Positions 60,060 to 64,000 of a stretch of DNA of 64,000 nucleotides are shown piece after piece. This stretch comes from Candidatus Bathyarchaeota archaeon (GTDB lineage: Archaea; Thermoproteota; Bathyarchaeia; Bathyarchaeales; DTEX01): positions 61 through 64,060 of the forward strand of contig JAGTQD010000003.1 in assembly GCA_018396405.1 (NCBI GenBank), in the 5' to 3' direction. A program made the position numbers and the translations under genes. The notes under the pieces were generated by a model. That model made no database searches. It saw only the letters and a list, made by a program, of their open reading frames with translations, and had not been told where the DNA came from. Numbering within the stretch: the stretch's first letter is position 1; the number at the start of each line of letters is the position of its first letter.

Positions 60060-62718
60060 GAACCGCGATACATGTCTCTTCATTAATCTTCTTTATCTCG
60101 AAGCCTCTCTTCTGTAAAATATAAAAAATCTTCTTGTTCTCCGCAAGAAACTCTCCGAAAAGTCTCTTTTGTCCCATATCTTTCCCAATTTCTATTAAGT
60201 GATCAATCATTATTGATCCCAAGCCCTTATTCTGCCACGGATCTCCCACCACAACTGATATCTCGCTGCTACATCCATCTGGCTGAACAATGAGCTCCGC
60301 CATGCCTATCAGCCGCTTTTTTCCATCTGTTTCCGTTTCCGCAACAATCGTCACCTCACGGCTATAATCAATATTACAATATTTAGCGGCTAAATAGTGA
60401 TCTATCTCTTTCACCGTCCGGAAAAATCTCGACCTTAATGTTTCTGTCGAAAATGTTTTAAATAGTTCTATAATTAATGGTTCGTCCTCCGGCCTAGCTG
60501 GTCTAAGTATAACTTTGCTTCCATCCCGGAGTGCGCGCTCACATATATATTTAGCTGGATAAGGTCTTATGATAAGGTGCTCATATGGCTTAGGCGCACC
60601 CTTCACCTTCTCCATATTAACTATTATTCTGGCATCCAAAGCCACAACGCCACCACACGAAACTGCTAACGGATTAATCTCCATCTCATCTATTTCTGGG
60701 AAATCTATTACTAGCTGCGAGAACCTTACTAGAACCTCCTCGATCGGTCTGAGATGAGATGGAGATAAACCTTTAAATCCCATGGAAAAGATATCATGGA
60801 CTTTTGTCCGCTCAATCATTCTTCTCGCCAATATTTGGTTCAGTGGCGGGAAGCCTATGGCAATATCCCTGAAGACTTCAGCATTAGCTCCACCACTCCC
60901 AAAAACTATAAATGAGCCGAAAACAAGATCCCTTCTCGATCCAATAATAACTTCATACTCACTATGATACATAGGCTGCACAGTGACGCCACAAATTTTA
61001 GCGTTTGGATATCGAGATTTAACATTCTCAATTATCTGCAGGAAACAATTCTTTACTTGCGCTTCATCGTAAATGTTTAGAATGACGCCGCCAGCATCCA
61101 TCTTATGCGTAATGTCTGGTGAGAGAACCTTCATAACAACGGGGAAACCTATCCTAGATGCTATCTCCGCGGCCTCATCTACGCTCCTCGCAACATATGT
61201 CTCAGAAACCGGTATACCATACTCTTTAAGGAACTCCTTTGACTCGAATTCTGTGAGAATGAGCCTTCCCTCATCCACAGCACGCTCAATTATGTTCTTT
61301 AAGTGAGCCCTATCGCTCGGTGGGCATAATTTTATCTCTTCAGGAACCTCGTAGAGTAGCTCGATGTTTTTGGCGTACTGATACATATACATGAAGGCTG
61401 CGATGGCTTCCTCCGGGGTTGGATACGTTGGAATCTTATTTCTTCTAAATATTTCCCTAGCCTCATGGACTTCCTTTTCACCAAGCCAGCATGTGAGGAC
61501 TGGCTTCCTAGAGCCCTTAAAGACTTCGACTACAGCCTTAGCAGTCTCTATAGGATCCGCCTCCCCAATAGGAGTGTAGAGTATTAGGAAGCCCCCTGCA
61601 TTCGGGTCTTTCATACATATCTCGGCGGTCTTCCTAAACCTCTCAACCGTTGCATCTTCACATATATCTACTGGGTTAGATCCACTCCAATAGTATGGTA
61701 GAACCTTATTTAGCTCCTCAATAGTTTTTTCGCTCAGCCTTGCTACTCTCCCGCCTCTCAGGGTTAGGGCATCAGCAGCCATAATCCCAGCACCCCCAGC
61801 ATTAGTTATTATTACTAAGTCTGGGCTCTTTGGCAACGGCTGCATCGCTAAGATCTCTGAGCATGAGAATAGATCTGAAATTGTTTCAACGCGAACTACG
61901 CCCGCCCTTGAGAAGAGAGCATCATAAAGCGCATCATCGCTCGCAATCGCGCCAATATGTGAGAACGCTGCCCTCATACCCTCGCTTGTCCTTCCAGCCT
62001 TAATGGCTATTATTGGTTTTATCGCAGCAAATCTTCTTGCGGCACTCATAAACTTTCCAGGATCATTTATGAATTCTATGAAGAGCATTATGCTTCTGGT
62101 TTCTGGATCCATACCAAAGTAGTCTATGAGGTCCGCGAAGTCCACATCTATCATATTACCGAGCGATACAACCGCGCTAAACCCGATGTTGGCCGCTTCA
62201 GCCCAATCTAGCACTGATGCGCAGATGGCGCCGCTTTGAGATATAAAGGCTATGTTCCCCGGCTTAACCATCCTCTTAGCGAAGGTTGTGTTCAGCCTTA
62301 TTCCTGGACGTATAACCCCTAGAGAATTTGGCCCTATTATCCTTAAGCCGAATCTAGACTTTATCTTTAAGAGATCCTCCTCAAGAGCCCTTCCCCTTTG
62401 GCCGATCTCCCTAAAGCCGGATGAGACTATTATAACCCCTGTTACCCCGGCTTCACCGCACTCCTCCACGGCTTCAGGGACTATATGGGCTGGTGTAGCG
62501 ATCACAGCTAAATCTACATGCCATGGAATCTTCCTTATACTTGGGTAAGCAGTAATTCCCTGTACGCTCTGACTGAAGGGATTAACTGGGTAAACAAACC
62601 CTCTAAAACCAATAATATTATTGAATATCTTATATCCGACAGAGTTCTCCCTGTTACTCGCACCTATAACCGCGATTCTCCTAGGGTTAAATATTTTATC
62701 TAAACCTTCTATGCCCAA
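60049..62718 (-). CDS. Pat-like protein: NDP-forming acyl-CoA synthetase-like region fused to a C-terminal GNAT acetyltransferase
   Basis: 889 aa. The N-terminal ~700 aa are paralogous to the ACD at 45315 (IFNPRRIAVIGASNRENSVG, SHIGAIAS, GFPVVMKVLSPDITHKMDAGGV). The C-terminal GNAT reads VILRPARPEDEPL...VVGDPWQNKGLGSIM. The architecture and size match bacterial Pat/YfiQ. Confidence 0.8.
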   Translation of the reverse strand: MGIEGLDKIFNPRRIAVIGASNRENSVGYKIFNNIIGFRGFVYPVNPFSQSVQGITAYPSIRKIPWHVDLAVIATPAHIVPEAVEECGEAGVTGVIIVSSGFREIGQRGRALEEDLLKIKSRFGLRIIGPNSLGVIRPGIRLNTTFAKRMVKPGNIAFISQSGAICASVLDWAEAANIGFSAVVSLGNMIDVDFADLIDYFGMDPETRSIMLFIEFINDPGKFMSAARRFAAIKPIIAIKAGRTSEGMRAAFSHIGAIASDDALYDALFSRAGVVRVETISDLFSCSEILAMQPLPKSPDLVIITNAGGAGIMAADALTLRGGRVARLSEKTIEELNKVLPYYWSGSNPVDICEDATVERFRKTAEICMKDPNAGGFLILYTPIGEADPIETAKAVVEVFKGSRKPVLTCWLGEKEVHEAREIFRRNKIPTYPTPEEAIAAFMYMYQYAKNIELLYEVPEEIKLCPPSDRAHLKNIIERAVDEGRLILTEFESKEFLKEYGIPVSETYVARSVDEAAEIASRIGFPVVMKVLSPDITHKMDAGGVILNIYDEAQVKNCFLQIIENVKSRYPNAKICGVTVQPMYHSEYEVIIGSRRDLVFGSFIVFGSGGANAEVFRDIAIGFPPLNQILARRMIERTKVHDIFSMGFKGLSPSHLRPIEEVLVRFSQLVIDFPEIDEMEINPLAVSCGGVVALDARIIVNMEKVKGAPKPYEHLIIRPYPAKYICERALRDGSKVILRPARPEDEPLIIELFKTFSTETLRSRFFRTVKEIDHYLAAKYCNIDYSREVTIVAETETDGKKRLIGMAELIVQPDGCSSEISVVVGDPWQNKGLGSIMIDHLIEIGKDMGQKRLFGEFLAENKKIFYILQKRGFEIKKINEETCIAVLNL

Positions 62719-62826
62719 AAAGTAGTTTCACCTAATAAAATATAAGCGCGTATCCAAAGTATATACTTATTGAACCGGGTTTCTTAATGAAATTAGCGGT
62801 AACCCTGATATCTTTTATGATAAAAC

Positions 62827-63636
62827 CTATTTTGTTTGGTAAAATTTCCTTATATTATCAGCCAAGCTATGTATGGCTAATATTGCTGGCGACGACGGTG
62901 AATAATCAATCGGTGCGACGCGGGCTCTCCCAGCCTTAGTAATGCTCGTGTCGAAGGGGATTATGTGAAATAAGTCTAGGGAGGCCTTGCCCAATTCGCT
63001 CCTAATATATTTTTCCTCTTCAGCATCAGACACCTTGTTTCCAACAAATATAACCTTTTTAATATTTATTTCGCTGGCTAATCTCCAAATCTTTATGGCG
63101 GTTTCTATCGATGGGGCGCTTGGCTCCACAACGCATATTAATAGGTCGAAGCCCTTAGCCGTAGCTCTACCAAGATGCTCTAGACCAGCTTCAGAATCCA
63201 TGATTACTATATCATCTCTCCTCAAGGTTATGTGTCTAAACAATGCGCTTAGAAGCGCGTTAGCTGGGCAGGCGCATCCAGACCCACCGGACTTTATAGT
63301 CCCCATAACAAGAAGTTTAACACCATCTGGCCCAATTACGCCATACCTCTCGACTATATCATCAACCTTCGGCGTCAGGCTAAATAGAGCTCCAAATGCC
63401 GATCCAGGCTTAGCCCCTGTCCGCTCTTCTATTAATTGGACGTTCTCGGCTATTGGAATTATCTTCGATGATGTTTCAGCGGGTATTCCTAGGGTGTAGG
63501 TGAGGTTCATGGCTGGGTCAGCATCTACCGCCAGAACATTAAAGCCCATGCGGGCATAGATTCGGGCTAAGGTTCCAGCTATAAGAGTTTTCCCAACACC
63601 ACCCTTACCAGCGACTACGATCTTCAATAAAATCAC
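62827..63636 (-). CDS. cooC: CooC-type Ni-insertion ATPase (second copy)
   Basis: VAGKGGVGKT and GGSGCACPANALL. GTG start 1 nt after the upstream stop. Confidence 0.75.
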   Translation of the reverse strand: MILLKIVVAGKGGVGKTLIAGTLARIYARMGFNVLAVDADPAMNLTYTLGIPAETSSKIIPIAENVQLIEERTGAKPGSAFGALFSLTPKVDDIVERYGVIGPDGVKLLVMGTIKSGGSGCACPANALLSALFRHITLRRDDIVIMDSEAGLEHLGRATAKGFDLLICVVEPSAPSIETAIKIWRLASEINIKKVIFVGNKVSDAEEEKYIRSELGKASLDLFHIIPFDTSITKAGRARVAPIDYSPSSPAILAIHSLADNIRKFYQTK

Positions 63637-63637
63637 C

Positions 63638-64000
63638 TCATGAGAACCTTCTGGACTGAAAGATCCTGTTTACAATACCGAGGCGCTTCTCAGAGCCAAT
63701 TGATTGAAGAAGCCTAAATACCTGTCGAGGGTTGCTGAAAGACTCAACTTTATTATTTGCTCTCTTCCTAGTAACTTTAATACAGTCATCAACCATGCAG
63801 ATGAGGACGCAAGCTGTACAGTGTATGCATAAATCCTTTATTATGTTTATTTGGCCGTAACCCCAATAGAGAGCGTTTGTTGGACAGACCTTAATGCAGA
63901 GCTGGCAGTCTACTCCTCTGCAGGTTCTCTTATCTATCTCTATGTCCCCATCAATAAAATGCTCCTTTATTCCAAGGGAAGATAAAACTTCTGATCTACG
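63638..64000 (-). CDS. 2x[4Fe-4S] ferredoxin-domain protein, 5' end off the right edge
   Basis: Not in the ORF track (open at the edge). My minus-strand translation reads ...IDKRTCRGVDCQLCIKVCPTNALYWGYGQINIIKDLCIHCTACVLICMVDDCIKVTRKRANNKVESFS...RRFS with a stop at 63638-63640. The frame is open through position 64000. Confidence 0.6.
   Translation of the reverse strand, partial: RRSEVLSSLGIKEHFIDGDIEIDKRTCRGVDCQLCIKVCPTNALYWGYGQINIIKDLCIHCTACVLICMVDDCIKVTRKRANNKVESFSNPRQVFRLLQSIGSEKRLGIVNRIFQSRRFS

Noticed and set aside
1-64000. CRISPR arrays, rRNA genes, additional tRNAs, prophage or integrase scars
   Set aside because: Essentially every stretch over 150 nt is covered by a supported CDS. 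No regularly spaced direct repeats were seen in the few spacers. Only one tRNA-like T-arm/acceptor pattern was found (13343-13419). Visual scanning cannot exclude short or degenerate repeats.

Overview
Archaeal chromosomal window. It is very gene-dense (about 80 features on both strands, many 1-4 nt start/stop overlaps, almost no non-coding DNA) and looks moderately AT-rich by eye. All functional calls come from reading motifs and family resemblance in the supplied translations plus my own translation of unlisted frames. No searches were run.

Content, left to right:
1. 1-10304 (minus): one translationally coupled operon with a GltD/NfnB-like NAD(P)H oxidoreductase, an MvhD-like protein with a winged-helix tail, a 1002-aa double-module HdrA, MvhD, HdrC, HdrB, MvhG, MvhA and a hydrogenase maturation protease that runs off the left edge.
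2. 10437-13233: TauE/SafE permease, an RHH::GcvH-like fusion lacking the lipoyl-lysine, and an AbrB-PhoU regulator.
3. tRNA-Gly(UCC), an orphan MtrH-like methyltransferase and Tmk.
4. 16262-22562 (minus): complete LysW-dependent cluster lysW-X-Y-Z-J-K, with a rhomboid::alpha-crystallin fusion coupled to its 3' end and a divergent Lrp regulator.
5. Housekeeping singles (AK6/Fap7, HAD, AlaX, adenine deaminase, DUF99, L35Ae) and one TnpB-only IS200/IS605-type element interrupted by a single in-frame TGA.
6. A gins23-mcm-hel308 operon.
7. A ribosomal block from L22 to L18: 14 ribosomal-protein genes plus the RNase P subunit Rpp29. S14 was found by hand because it is below the ORF-track cutoff.
8. 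Acyl-CoA/acetylation genes: CoA-transferase::GNAT, ADP-forming acetyl-CoA synthetase, a stand-alone Pta-N-terminal (DRTGG) protein and, further right, a Pat-like ACD::GNAT.
9. aIF5B, PLD nuclease, MscL, macro domain, transglutaminase-like protein, S6e, EndA, DUF47, GlyRS and Elp3.
10. CooT, two CooC-type Ni-insertion ATPases and a partial ferredoxin at the right edge.

I saw no rRNA, CRISPR array, prophage or recognisable defence island. Most of the window is core genome, and I cannot point to one clear-cut new system. The best novelty candidates are:
- the extended Hdr/Mvh operon (double HdrA, MvhD::wHTH, extra NAD(P)H module) with the upstream RHH::GcvH-like/TauE pair;
- the same Pat-type GNAT module fused to two different acyl-CoA enzymes;
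- the rhomboid::sHSP fusion;
- two conserved genes that appear to start at CTG and ATT behind strong Shine-Dalgarno sites;
- a possible C/D-box sRNA.

The lineage guess (TACK/Bathyarchaeia-like non-methanogen or methyl-utiliser) is inference only.
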